Below, piece by piece: positions 1 through 10,000 of a DNA stretch of 64,000 bases; position 1 is the stretch's first letter, and every line of letters begins with the position of its first letter. The position numbers and the translations under genes are program-made. The stretch comes from Planctomycetota bacterium (GTDB lineage: Bacteria > Planctomycetota > MHYJ01 > WSZJ01): positions 1 to 64,000 of the forward strand of contig JBBTCT010000001.1 in the NCBI GenBank assembly GCA_038060895.1, in the 5' to 3' direction. The notes under the pieces were generated by a model, which was not told the DNA's origin, did not search any database, and worked only from the letters and a program-made list of their open reading frames with translations.

Positions 1-157
1 CTTCTCCTTGGAAAACCGCATCGGCGCAAAAGGAACAGTACTACCTGAGGTGGCCGTTCGGGCACCGGCATCGCTGAGTCCACGTCTTCAACTCGTGTTG
101 CGCGCCCCGGCTGATGGGCCGGGGCGCGACAATTCATGGACGTCATGACTTCGCGGT

Positions 158-700
158 CTACTTGACTGCGAGGACGACGAGCGTCGCCGTTTCATTCCAG
201 TTTTCAATCAAGGCGACGACTTCGACTTCGGCTCCCGAGCTTGCGATGCCTTCAAGGCCTCCCGACACAGGCATGATTTGTCCGCTACCCGCGAACTCGA
301 ACTCGCCCGTCCGCCTGTCGGCCGAAATCCGCAGACGGCCGCGCGCGCGAATGTGCGCGCCCCCGAACGTATAGCTTGCGCAGTTGACGCGATTGGCGAC
401 CCGGTTCCACTCAAACCGCGCCGGCTTCTCGAGAGTCACGATCGCCCGCTGGGCCTCGACATCCAGATCCGGCGCGACGCCGAATTCCTTCTCCAGTGCC
501 CGGGACACGCCGAGCAGCTCCTGGTTTCAGCTTCAGCCGTTGACGACAAGCCGCATCGCCGCCCACTGGCCGGGCGCCAGCTCAGGCAGATCGGCGGGAA
601 TGCCCGGACCCAGGGGACGGAGCGGCGGAACATATTCTCCCTGGCCTCCGCATCCGGCGGCGAGCACGACGAAAAGAACGAAGCCGGCGATCACGCGCAT
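158..700 (-). CDS. Predicted selenoprotein lipoprotein with U-x-U motif, HMA-like N-terminal region (about 180 aa with read-through of two TGA)
   Basis: ATG at 700 after RBS GGGAGG. Lipobox LAAG-C. The frame reads ...MRLVVNG-TGA(535-533)-S-TGA(529-527)-NQELLGVSRALEKEFGV... and continues in frame into ORF 158..508, ending at TAG. A hairpin follows the second TGA. Confidence 0.8.
493..524 (-). promoter_or_regulatory. Candidate bacterial SECIS element
   Basis: mRNA CCAG-GAGC-UGCUCGG-[CGUGUC]-CCGGGCA-CUGG: 7-bp upper stem and 4-bp lower stem. The loop starts 17 nt after the second UGA and has G at position 2. Confidence 0.6.
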
Positions 701-710
701 ACACCCTCCC

Positions 711-1616
711 TTAGAAGCGGACGGAAACCGAAATCGACACGGCGAAATCGAGCCCGAGCTGACGGCCGCCCACGTCCTGATAGAGCGGAATCTCCCCCTC
801 CAGGACGAAGCCGAGCCATGGACGCGGCCAGAACACGGCCGCGGGCCGCAGGAAGAGCGCGTCTCCGCCCGAGTCCCGAAGCCGGTCGCCGTCCTGGCGG
901 GCGCGGAACCTGTGCGTCCACTTCAGGCAAGCCTGGAGCCGCAGGAGGGGGCCCGGATACTTCTCGACGATCACGCGGTAGCCGACGGTCAGCTCGCCGG
1001 TGAGCGCGTCTCCCTCCTTGTAGTCCTGCGCTCCCGTCCCGTTTCGAACGCCCCGGATCACCGCGTTGATTTTCAGGCGGTCCACGTCGAGCGTCACGGC
1101 CGTGGCCGCGATGACGTCCCAGGAGCCGGAACCCGGCTGAAGCTGCGGCGAAAGGCGCTTGCCGCCCTCCCGCTCGCCGGTGTCCCCCGTCGGAATCTCA
1201 GCGCCGGCGAACAGCGTCCAGTTGAACGAGAAGAGATGCGCGTCTCTCTTCCAGACGCGGTATTTGGCCATGATCGCCAGATCGCCGAGTCCCTCGGCCG
1301 TCTCGCGCCGCGTGCCCGACGCATCTTCGCGCGCCCGCTCGCGATGAATCCACGGAACGACCCCGCAAATCGAGAGCTGCGGGAGAACGCCGTAACTCGC
1401 CGCCAGGGTCGCCCGATGCTCGCGGAACGTGCGGTCCTCGGGGTCGTTTCGACGGCTATCTCCCTCCAGCGGGAGGGATTCCTGGCGAAAGAACCATCCA
1501 CCCGAGACCTGAATGCCGCCCTGCCAGAGCGTCTCGCCGTCGTAGACGTCGAGCAGGCCGTCCTGGGCGTACACGGCCGACGTCGCGAGCAGGAAAACAG
1601 TGGCGGAGCGGATCAT
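711..1616 (-). CDS. Outer-membrane beta-barrel transporter (MetA-pathway/phenol degradation-like family)
   Basis: Signal peptide, GLGDLAIMAKY and PTG..QPGSGSWD motifs, alternating beta-strand pattern, C-terminal Phe. The start overlaps the arsR stop. Confidence 0.7.
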   Translation of the reverse strand: MIRSATVFLLATSAVYAQDGLLDVYDGETLWQGGIQVSGGWFFRQESLPLEGDSRRNDPEDRTFREHRATLAASYGVLPQLSICGVVPWIHRERAREDASGTRRETAEGLGDLAIMAKYRVWKRDAHLFSFNWTLFAGAEIPTGDTGEREGGKRLSPQLQPGSGSWDVIAATAVTLDVDRLKINAVIRGVRNGTGAQDYKEGDALTGELTVGYRVIVEKYPGPLLRLQACLKWTHRFRARQDGDRLRDSGGDALFLRPAAVFWPRPWLGFVLEGEIPLYQDVGGRQLGLDFAVSISVSVRF

Positions 1617-1984
1617 CTCGCACGCGTCCGTCGCCGCGCGTCAATCGCGAGGCACGCGCCGCGATCGAGAAGCTCCCCGACGCAAGGATCCACCATGAAG
1701 TAGTAAATCTCCTTCCCTTCACGGCGCGAACCCACGACGCCCTGAGCCGCCATTCGCCGCAACTGGTTGGATGCCGCGGCGATCTTCAATCCCGAGAGTC
1801 CGGCCAGCTCGCCCACGGCGGCCTCGCCCTCGCGCGCCAGCGCGTGAAGAAGCCGAATCCGGGTCGCCGACGCGAGGACCGCGAACGTCGACCGGATCCC
1901 GACGACGAGAACCGGAGGAATCCTGGCGATCTTCAGGAACGCCGACTTCGGAGGACAGCAGAGCGACCGAGGGGCGCGTTTCAT
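1613..1984 (-). CDS. ArsR/SmtB family metalloregulatory repressor
   Basis: FAVLASATRIRLL...GELA...SNQLRRM...GVVGSRREGKEIYY winged HTH. N-terminal CC and C-terminal Cys residues. Start ATG 1984 chosen because the operator lies directly upstream. Confidence 0.85.
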   Translation of the reverse strand: MKRAPRSLCCPPKSAFLKIARIPPVLVVGIRSTFAVLASATRIRLLHALAREGEAAVGELAGLSGLKIAAASNQLRRMAAQGVVGSRREGKEIYYFMVDPCVGELLDRGACLAIDARRRTRAR

Positions 1985-1988
1985 GTCA

Positions 1989-2014
1989 TACATTACACGT
2001 CTTTGTGTAATGTA
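1989..2014. promoter_or_regulatory. ArsR/SmtB-type operator palindrome
   Basis: TACATTACAC-gtcttt-GTGTAATGTA: perfect 10-bp arms over a 26-bp span, like the 12-2-12 operators of this family. It lies immediately upstream of arsR. Confidence 0.7.
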
Positions 2015-2323
2015 GAGCAAGCCCGATCCACGAAAGCGAATCTAGCGTGCCTGGAACGGGGCCGCGGCATCCCTGTGCGCTCCTGCGATTCGCAGCCAGG
2101 CGTTCCTGCCGACGCCGCGTGGCCCGGGCAGGAAGAAACTCGCCTTGGGATGCTCCAGCGTTCGGGAGCACACAAGACTCATAAGTCATGGTTTCAGGAC
2201 TCTCCAAGACCTGATTTCATCAGGCTCGGACAGGAGCCCGTGAGAGTGTCGCGAGGCCATCGCCAGTCCTTGCCTTCCCGTTTGCGCAACTCGAGGGCGA
2301 GACCAACCCGATAGGATAACGCC

Positions 2324-3541
2324 ATGCCCGCAGCATCCATCCCGCAGGCCGCGGCCCTCATCGAAGCGCTGGCGAGCCGCCGCGCGATCCGGACGCCGTG
2401 GGTGAAGGCGGCGTTCGAAGCGACGCACCGGCACCATTTCGTCCCGCCGGCGTACCGGTTTCCGGCACCGGACGGCGGCCTGACGGAACACGCATGGAAT
2501 CCCGCCGCCCCAACCGAAGAGGATTTCGGCCGGATTTATGCCGACAAGGTCCTGGTCTACAAAACGTCCGCCGACGGGAACGAGTCCCACGTCACGCTCT
2601 CCGAGCCGGGTGTAAACGCTCTCGTTTGCGAGGGACTGCAGCTCGCAGACGGACTCAGGATCATGGAAATCGGCGGCGGCCTCGGCTTCCAGGCGGCGCT
2701 CTTTTCCGGCGCCGGCGGCACGAACGAGGTGACGGCGCTGGAAATCGACGAGGAGTCGGCGGCGCGCGCGAACCGGGCGCTGGCGGAGTTCTACCCGGAG
2801 CGTCCCGTGCGTGTCGTCGCGACGGACGGCTGGCCGGGCGTCGCGGGCGCGGTGTTCGACCGGATCGTGGCGAGCGTGACGTGTCCAGACGTCTCACAGG
2901 CGTGGATCGACCAGCTCGCGGCCGGCGGCCGGATGCTGGTGCCGCTCGCGGCGGCGGGGTGGCGCGGGATGCTGACGCTGAAGCGCGACGGGGCGCAGGT
3001 GAAAGGTCGCATGGTGCTTCCGCTCGGGTACCTGAACCTCCGCGGAAGCCATCCGGCGACGCACGGTGTGCAGGTCCCCGTGAGCGAGCTCGCGCCCTGC
3101 GGCAAGGACGCGCTCACCCGCGAGCCGCTGTCGCCGATGAACTTCGCACACCATCTCGTCATTTCGCTTCTCGGAACCTGCCGCGGCGCCGGCTGGTTCA
3201 TCGCGGAGGACGACGTGCTCAAGACCGGAGGCTTTCATCCGCCCGCCGTCCGAACCGTGGAGCCGGCAGGCTTCGCGTTCCTCGCGCCGGACGCACTCGT
3301 GTGGGGGGGCCACCCTGCGGCACGGGAGATCCTGCGCGGGACGCTGAGAGAGTGGGAGATCCTGGGCAAGCCCGCCATCCCTGATTTCGAAGCAGAAATC
3401 CTGGACCGCGGCGCCATGAGAGCGGGAGATCCCGACGCACTCTGGCTGCCTCTGGAGGAGCACGCACTTCGCTGGGTACTCAAGCCGCTTCCGAAACCGC
3501 AGGCTGCAGCTGAGAACTCGAGTGGCGCGCGGACGACTTGA
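2324..3541 (+). CDS. Protein-L-isoaspartate O-methyltransferase (PCMT)-like SAM methyltransferase with C-terminal extension
   Basis: AF..T.RH.FVP, TLSEP, MEIGGGLGFQAAL, FDRIV and DQLAAGGRMLVP motifs. Confidence 0.75.
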   Translation: MPAASIPQAAALIEALASRRAIRTPWVKAAFEATHRHHFVPPAYRFPAPDGGLTEHAWNPAAPTEEDFGRIYADKVLVYKTSADGNESHVTLSEPGVNALVCEGLQLADGLRIMEIGGGLGFQAALFSGAGGTNEVTALEIDEESAARANRALAEFYPERPVRVVATDGWPGVAGAVFDRIVASVTCPDVSQAWIDQLAAGGRMLVPLAAAGWRGMLTLKRDGAQVKGRMVLPLGYLNLRGSHPATHGVQVPVSELAPCGKDALTREPLSPMNFAHHLVISLLGTCRGAGWFIAEDDVLKTGGFHPPAVRTVEPAGFAFLAPDALVWGGHPAAREILRGTLREWEILGKPAIPDFEAEILDRGAMRAGDPDALWLPLEEHALRWVLKPLPKPQAAAENSSGARTT

Positions 3542-3544
3542 CCG

Positions 3545-4321
3545 CTACTTCTTCCCCGGCTCAAAGACCGCCGCGAATAGGTGGTCTGCCTTCTGCGGAA
3601 GCAATTGTTCGCCATCCGGGGATTTCGGATTGAGGACGTAGTTGAGCGCGTCGTTGAGGTAGACGGCGTCCGGAAGCACGTGCCCGATGCCCTTGACCGT
3701 CCACAACGAGAATCCCGCCCCCGACTTCGTCACGGCCGCGCGGACGTCCTCGACCACCTTGTAGACGGGGTCCTGGTCGCCGAGGATCACCACGGCGCGC
3801 AGACCTTTCGGATCGGTTCCGGGCGCGCCCGGGTAGCCGCGCGACGCGGTGGCGATCCAGCCGGCGAAGAGGTCCTTGTGGCCCGTCGCGGCGCCCATGG
3901 CCATCAGGCCGCCTGCGGAAAAACCGTGCGCGACGACGCGCTTCGGGTCGACCTTGTAATGCGCGATGGCGAAGCGCGTGAGATCGGCGACGAACGCCGG
4001 ATCCTTCGCGAAATCCCAGCCGAACCCTGGGGCCATCGTCTCAGAGCCGCGGACGGCGCACCAGACGTCGCGGCGGTGATCGGCGACCGCGCTGCCCCAT
4101 TTCAGATTGTCGTCGGGCGTGTTTCCAAGGCCGTGCATCGTCACGACGAGCCCGGGCTTCGTGCCGGCCTTCAGCGTCTTTGGCACGTAGACCTTCGCGA
4201 ACGCGCCGCTCTCGAGGGTCACCGCTTCGAAGTCCCCGTCTTTCTCGACGGACTTCGCTTTGGGGATTTCGGCGGAAGCGGCCAGTGTGAGAAGCAGAAT
4301 CGCGAGGACAGGCCGAAGCAC
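3545..4321 (-). CDS. Secreted alpha/beta hydrolase (esterase/phospholipase-like)
   Basis: GTG start after AAGGAG, signal peptide, MHGLG, nucleophile GFSAGG, G..DP, GIGH. Paralogue of 59059..60156. Confidence 0.75.
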   Translation of the reverse strand: MLRPVLAILLLTLAASAEIPKAKSVEKDGDFEAVTLESGAFAKVYVPKTLKAGTKPGLVVTMHGLGNTPDDNLKWGSAVADHRRDVWCAVRGSETMAPGFGWDFAKDPAFVADLTRFAIAHYKVDPKRVVAHGFSAGGLMAMGAATGHKDLFAGWIATASRGYPGAPGTDPKGLRAVVILGDQDPVYKVVEDVRAAVTKSGAGFSLWTVKGIGHVLPDAVYLNDALNYVLNPKSPDGEQLLPQKADHLFAAVFEPGKK

Positions 4322-4397
4322 GGGGAGCTCCTTCGAAACGGGTGCTCCCTCTATGCCGGACGATCGCCTTCCCGTACGAAGTTCCCGGTGAAGGCCG

Positions 4398-5513
4398 TCA
4401 CTTCGTTTTGCGCGCCGGCCGGGTCCGAACGACAGGTCGCGAAGCATCCAGGACGAAGCCTTTCTTTCGCGCGCGCGCTTCGTCCTCGGTCTCCGGGCCC
4501 TCCCAGCGGATGACTCCATGGAAGAGGATCACGGCGATGATGCCGATGCAGAATTCCACGCGGTATCCGAACGTGGCGGCCAGGAGAGCGACGTAGCCGG
4601 CGAGAAGCACCAGGACCGACGTGTAGCGAAGGGCGACGAAGAAAGCGGCAAGGCCTGCCAGGAGCATCCGGCCGGCGCGGCGGAAAAGTCGGACGGGGCC
4701 GACCACGGTGAGCTCGGAGGCGACGGGCCGGAGCCGGAGCATGAGCTGCGGGACGTTGGTGAAGCGATCCGCCGGCGCGTAGGCCAGGGCTCCGAGGAGA
4801 AGGGTGACGACATCGGCGGGAAGAGCGGCCTTGAGCGCCTCCGGCGTCGCGGCGCGGTCGGGGCGATTCCCCAGAAGCACCTCGTGCAGCATGACCCCGA
4901 GCGCATAGACATCCCAGCTCGGCGCCGGCGCTTCGCCCTGAAGACCTTCGGGGGGCATGTAGTGAAGCGTTCCTCCCCAGCCTCCCTCCGATTCGTCCAT
5001 GGACCGGCTGACACGGCTGTCGAGGCGCGCGTGATGGATGGCGCGCGCCATGCCGAAGTCGATGAGCCACGGCTGACCGCCGTCGTCGAGCAGGATGTTC
5101 TCGGGCTTGAGATCGCCGTGGATGAATCCGCGGTCCTGCACATCGGCGACGGTGGAGGCCACCTGGAGGAGGATTCCGGTCGCGTGGGACCGGTCGTCGC
5201 CGCTCTTGATCCCGTCGAGCAGGTCGCGAAAGGTGCGACGACCCTTCCAGGGGAATACCAGGTGCGGGACGGGCGAAGCGCTGTATTCCGCCGGGACCAG
5301 GCCGCGGACTCCGTCGGCTTCGAGCGCGCGGACAATGTCGGCCTCGGGTTGAAGGGTCGCGGCGGCGAGCGGCGACAGCGCGAATTTGACGGCGACTTCC
5401 GCGCCGTCGGACCGGCGACGGCCCTTCCAGACCTCGCTCAGGTTGGTGACCGAGACCTGCGCTTCCAGCGTGATCTCGGGTTCAAGCAGGGTGGTATAGA
5501 TGACGCCGCTCAT
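4398..5513 (-). CDS. Membrane-anchored Ser/Thr protein kinase
   Basis: VAVK, HGDLKPEN, DFG, GTLHYMPPE, DVYALG; C-terminal hydrophobic helices. ATGA overlap with the upstream kinase. Confidence 0.85.
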   Translation of the reverse strand: MSGVIYTTLLEPEITLEAQVSVTNLSEVWKGRRRSDGAEVAVKFALSPLAAATLQPEADIVRALEADGVRGLVPAEYSASPVPHLVFPWKGRRTFRDLLDGIKSGDDRSHATGILLQVASTVADVQDRGFIHGDLKPENILLDDGGQPWLIDFGMARAIHHARLDSRVSRSMDESEGGWGGTLHYMPPEGLQGEAPAPSWDVYALGVMLHEVLLGNRPDRAATPEALKAALPADVVTLLLGALAYAPADRFTNVPQLMLRLRPVASELTVVGPVRLFRRAGRMLLAGLAAFFVALRYTSVLVLLAGYVALLAATFGYRVEFCIGIIAVILFHGVIRWEGPETEDEARARKKGFVLDASRPVVRTRPARKTK

Positions 5514-6871
5514 TGCATCATGAACGTCCACAGGGGATGGCCGCGGCGGTTCTTGTAGGTTCTTTCCGGGACGCCGGAGATCCAGGCGTTGATCGTCGTG
5601 ATGCCGAGCAGCGTGCCGATGAGGGCGAGCGGGACCGCGAACGGAATTGCAAGGGCGACGGCCAGCGGCAGCGCTTCTCTTCCGACCTCGAGATTCGACG
5701 GTTCGGGGGAGGTGACGAGCAGGACGGCGCCTGTGAGCGCGAGGGCGACGATGGCGGTGTAGAAGAGGACGCGGACTCCGCGCAGGAAGGTGCGCTTGCG
5801 CTCGGTGAAGACGAGGCGGCGTTCGTGGCCGGAGCGGCGGCGGAGGCAGCGCCGCTCTTCGAGGATGAAGGCGTCGATCGCGTGAAGCAGGGCTCCGGCG
5901 TCCGGGATGCGCCTCGCGGGGTCGTGCTGGAGCATGTCGCGAAGGAACACGTCCGACCCTGGCGGCAGGTACTCGTTCAATTCGTCGGGGCTGACGCCGA
6001 ACGCCGGCGGGCGGCCGCAGAGCATGTGGTGGAGAATGACGCCCAGCGCGTAGACGTCGGAGGCCTTGGAGGGCGGCGCGCCGGACATCGTCTCGGGCGA
6101 CATGAACGCCAGCGTCCCCGCGATTTTTTCGCCGGTGACGCTGATGACGGAGGCGCGAAGCGTGGAAAGCTGGCGCACGGCGAGCTGGTGGCGCGCGATT
6201 CCGAGGTCCAGCAGGTGGCAGACCTCGTCCAGCTGCGGCCAGTTCTCGTCGTCGGCCCAGCGCGACGCGACGCCGTGGAAGGCGCTTCGGCCCGGCTCGG
6301 GCACGCGCGGCGCGAAGCGGATATTTCCGGGCTTCAGGTCGCCGTGCGCGATTTCGGCGGCATGCAGGCGCGCAACGACCTCGACGATCGCGCGGAAGCG
6401 CCGGAACGCGTCCATGATCTCCCAGGGTGACGGCGCGCGATCCGGGAGGACGAAATTCTTGCCGGGCACGAACGGCATGACGAGGAAGGGCGGATCGTGA
6501 TCGAGGCAGACTTCGAAGATCGGAACGACCTGCGGGTCCTGGAATCGCGAGGAGATCAGGGCTTCGCGCTTGAGGTGCGCGATGAATCCCTCGACCCGGG
6601 GCAGCTTCAGCGCGACGGTTTCGCCCGTGGCGAGGCGCGTGGCGCGGAAGACCATCGAGAATCCTCCGGCGCCCGCAAATTCCTCGATGCGACACCCGCG
6701 CAGCACGCGCCCGATGAACGCCGCGGCGCCCGCGGCCGGAGGCGCCGCCGGCGCACCGCATGTTTCCAGGACGCGCGACGCGTCGGGCTGAGCGGGCGGA
6801 GGCGCTTTCCCGAAATCCAGGTTTCGGGAATTGAGAATCGGATCGATCGGGCCAGACTCAGGTTCCACCAT
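5510..6871 (-). CDS. Membrane-anchored Ser/Thr protein kinase
   Basis: GAGGFSMV, VALK, HGDLKPGN, DLG, GTLAFMSPE; two C-terminal TM helices. RBS GAGGAGG before ATG 6871. Confidence 0.85.
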   Translation of the reverse strand: MVEPESGPIDPILNSRNLDFGKAPPPAQPDASRVLETCGAPAAPPAAGAAAFIGRVLRGCRIEEFAGAGGFSMVFRATRLATGETVALKLPRVEGFIAHLKREALISSRFQDPQVVPIFEVCLDHDPPFLVMPFVPGKNFVLPDRAPSPWEIMDAFRRFRAIVEVVARLHAAEIAHGDLKPGNIRFAPRVPEPGRSAFHGVASRWADDENWPQLDEVCHLLDLGIARHQLAVRQLSTLRASVISVTGEKIAGTLAFMSPETMSGAPPSKASDVYALGVILHHMLCGRPPAFGVSPDELNEYLPPGSDVFLRDMLQHDPARRIPDAGALLHAIDAFILEERRCLRRRSGHERRLVFTERKRTFLRGVRVLFYTAIVALALTGAVLLVTSPEPSNLEVGREALPLAVALAIPFAVPLALIGTLLGITTINAWISGVPERTYKNRRGHPLWTFMMQ

Positions 6872-7065
6872 GCCTCCTCGCGCGAAGCCCGATTGTATCC
6901 CGCGGGAGAGCACGATCCCACGGCCACGTGTCGGGCTTCGCGGCTCGCTGTGCAATTTTCCTCTTCGTTCCCCGTTATCTCTCCTGGGGGGCACTCCCGG
7001 CTCGCTCGCGCGCGACCTTAGGGCCGGGTCCGCTCGCTGATATACTGCGCCGCGAAGGAAACACC

Positions 7066-10000
7066 ATGATCCAGGCAAAGCCACCCGGACCGGGAGGAAT
7101 GATCGGCGAATGCGAGGGCTGCGGCTCGCGCTTCACCATTGACCCCGTTGTCCCCGGCCGCAAGTACCGGTGCGGGAAGTGCCAGGGCGAGCTGCGTCCT
7201 GTGACGGATGAATTCCAGGTCAGCGCGCCCCGCCAGCCGACGGCCATCGACCAGATCGACATCGGCAAGCCCGGCGACCGTCCCCCGGCCGCGGCCAATT
7301 CACTCCTCGCGGGACTCGTGGCCGAATCGGGACCGGGCGCGAGCCGCGCGCTCGCGGCGAAGAAAGCGAAGGGACAGCGGCTCGGGAAAGTCGACCTGAT
7401 CAAGGAACTGGGGCGCGGGGGCATGGGGATCGTCTACCTCGGCCGCGAAGAAGAACTGCGGCGAAACGTGGCGGTCAAGGTCCTGCTCGCGGGCGACGAC
7501 GAGAAACTCCGGCTTCGCTTCCTGCGCGAAGCCCGTCTCGTGTCAAAACTGCGCCACCCGAACATCGTCGCGGTGCACGAGCTCGGCGAAGAAGGAGGGA
7601 AGGCGTACTTCACGATGGACTTCATCGAGGGCGGGTCGCTGGACGCCCGGGTGAAGTCGGGCATCGCGATGCGCGACCTGATGCAGGCCGTCGCGCTCGT
7701 CGCGCGTGCTCTCGACTACGCGCATTCGCAGGGGCTGGTCCACCGCGACGTGAAGCCGCAGAACATCCTCGTGACGCCGGCGGGCGTGCCGTACCTGACG
7801 GACTTCGGGCTCGCGAGGGAAGTCGAGTCGAACACGCGGCTCACGATGAGCGGCGCCGTGATGGGCACGCCGAGCTACATGTCGCCCGAGCAGGCGACCG
7901 GCGGCGGCGCGGTCGATTCGCGCACCGACATCTACTCGCTCGGCGCCGTCCTCTACGAAGGACTCACCGGCCGGCCGCCCTTCGACGGCATGGACCTCCT
8001 CGGCCTCCTCGCCGCCATCGTGAACGAAGACCCGGTGCCGCCTTCGAAGCGCAACCTGAATGTCCCCCCCGACATCGAAACCATCTGCCTCAAGGCGCTT
8101 CAGAAACAAAAGGACCGCCGCTACCAGACCGGCGCCGAAATGGCCGACGACATCGAGCGGTGGCTGCGCGGCGAAGCGATCGCGGCGCGGCGCTCGGGCG
8201 CGGTCGAGAAAGGCGCGAACTGGCTGAAGCGCCGACCGGCGCTCGTGGCCGGCGTGGGTGCCGGCGTGCTGGCGCTTCTCGTCATCACCGTCATCATCCG
8301 CAATTCTGCGGCGAGCGAGCGGCAGCTGGCGGAGCAGCGCGACGAGGAGAAGAAGAAGGCCGACCGGCGAGCGAAGGAATTCGAGGAGCAGACCGAGCGC
8401 GACCGGATCGCATTCGAGGGGAGGATCCGCGACCTCGAAGGACGGCTTTCCCGGGCGGCGACGCCCGAGGAGGCGGAGAAGATCCGGCGGGAGCTGGCGG
8501 GGATGAAGGGCGGGTCGGAATGGGACGCGCTGGCGGCGCGGGTCGCGGGCCTGATCGCGGCGCCCGGGTACGAGTTCGCGGCGGCGATTTCCGCCCTCGA
8601 AGGATGGAACCCGGCCGCCGCAGTGGACCAGGACCACAGGAGCTCGAAGCTGCGGGAGGTCCGCGAGGCGGCGGCGAAGCGGTTCGAGGCCGCGGAGAAA
8701 GAGGCGGTCGCCCTGGAGAATGGCGGAAATGCAGGCCAGGCGGCGGACCTCTGGCGCTTGCTCGAGCGGATCGGCATCCCTGAGCTCGCGATGAAAGCGA
8801 AGAATGCCCGTGCGCGAATCGAGGCGGCGCCGGTCGTCGGAGGACTTCCGCCGGAAGTGGCGTGGTTGCGGCTGGCAATCGCCGCGCGGATGCGCGCCCG
8901 CGATTTCGAGGGCGCGCGCGCGATGCTCGACGGTGCCGCGGGATCCGCACCGGCGCCGGAGCTGCAGGAACTCGAATGGGCCCGCGCGGCGACGCAGCGC
9001 TTCCATGACGCAGCCCGCGCCGCATTCACGGATCCCAGGGGCCTGAAGATCGCCACGGCCGCCTTCGAGACGCCGGTCACGGTGACGGGTTGGTCCGAAA
9101 AGGGCGTCAAGGTGACGAAGGACAGCGGTTCGCTCGCGATCGTCGATTACGCCGACATCCGCCCCGAGGAGCTCGTCCGGGTCGCGTCGGCCGCGCCGGA
9201 ATCCGTCGCGCTCTTCTGGGCCTTCTGGGATTCGCCGCGGCTCGGGAAAACTGCAGCCGAGCGCGATGAGGCGCGCGGCCGCAACGAAAAGGCCGCGCGC
9301 GCGTTCGGGATCGCGCGGGTCAACGCGCTTCTCGAGGCGCTCCGTGAAGCCGTAGTCGCAGGCGGACCCCGCGAGGACTTCTCGCGTCCCTTCGCCCTCG
9401 AGCCCTCCGGCTCCGGCGCTTCACAGAGGTGGAGCTACGATTTCAGCGCCCCAGAGCAGCTTCGCGACTGGATCGCCGCGGCACAGAAACCCGAGGAGTG
9501 CCAGACCGGCTGGGGCGCACGGGTCGAGGGCGGGCGCCTGCGCCTGGTGAACGCGACGGTCGGCTTCCCTGTTCTTCTGGACACGCCCGCTTCGCTGCTC
9601 GTGCAATTCCGGTCCGCGAGCCCCGCCGACCGGACGATCCTTGTTTTCCTCGACGGCTACTGCTGCGAACTTCGCGGCGGCGGCGAAGTCCTGCTGCGCG
9701 CCCCTGACGGGCGCGAGATGAAAACGGGACGCGTCTCCCCGCTTCAGGCCGGGCAGCCGTTCTCCGTCGATCTCCGGCTGCTCGACAGGAACTTTGCGGT
9801 CGTCGTAGGGGGCCAGCCTGCCCTCACCGCGGATCGCGGCAACGAGTTCGCCGGCGGTCCCACCGGCGTGGGGTCCACGCGCGACGCCGTGCTCGAGATC
9901 GAACAGATCGAGCTCGGCGGCCGCGCCGAAGCGGCCTCCGCGGACCGCTGGCAGGCGTACCGCGCGTACCTCGGAAGCATCGACACGCGCCGCGGAACTT

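Noticed and set aside
1-150. Possible 3' end of a plus-strand gene and an 11-bp hairpin at 101-128
   Set aside because: The frame cannot be determined at the window edge, and the hairpin lacks a clear U-tract.
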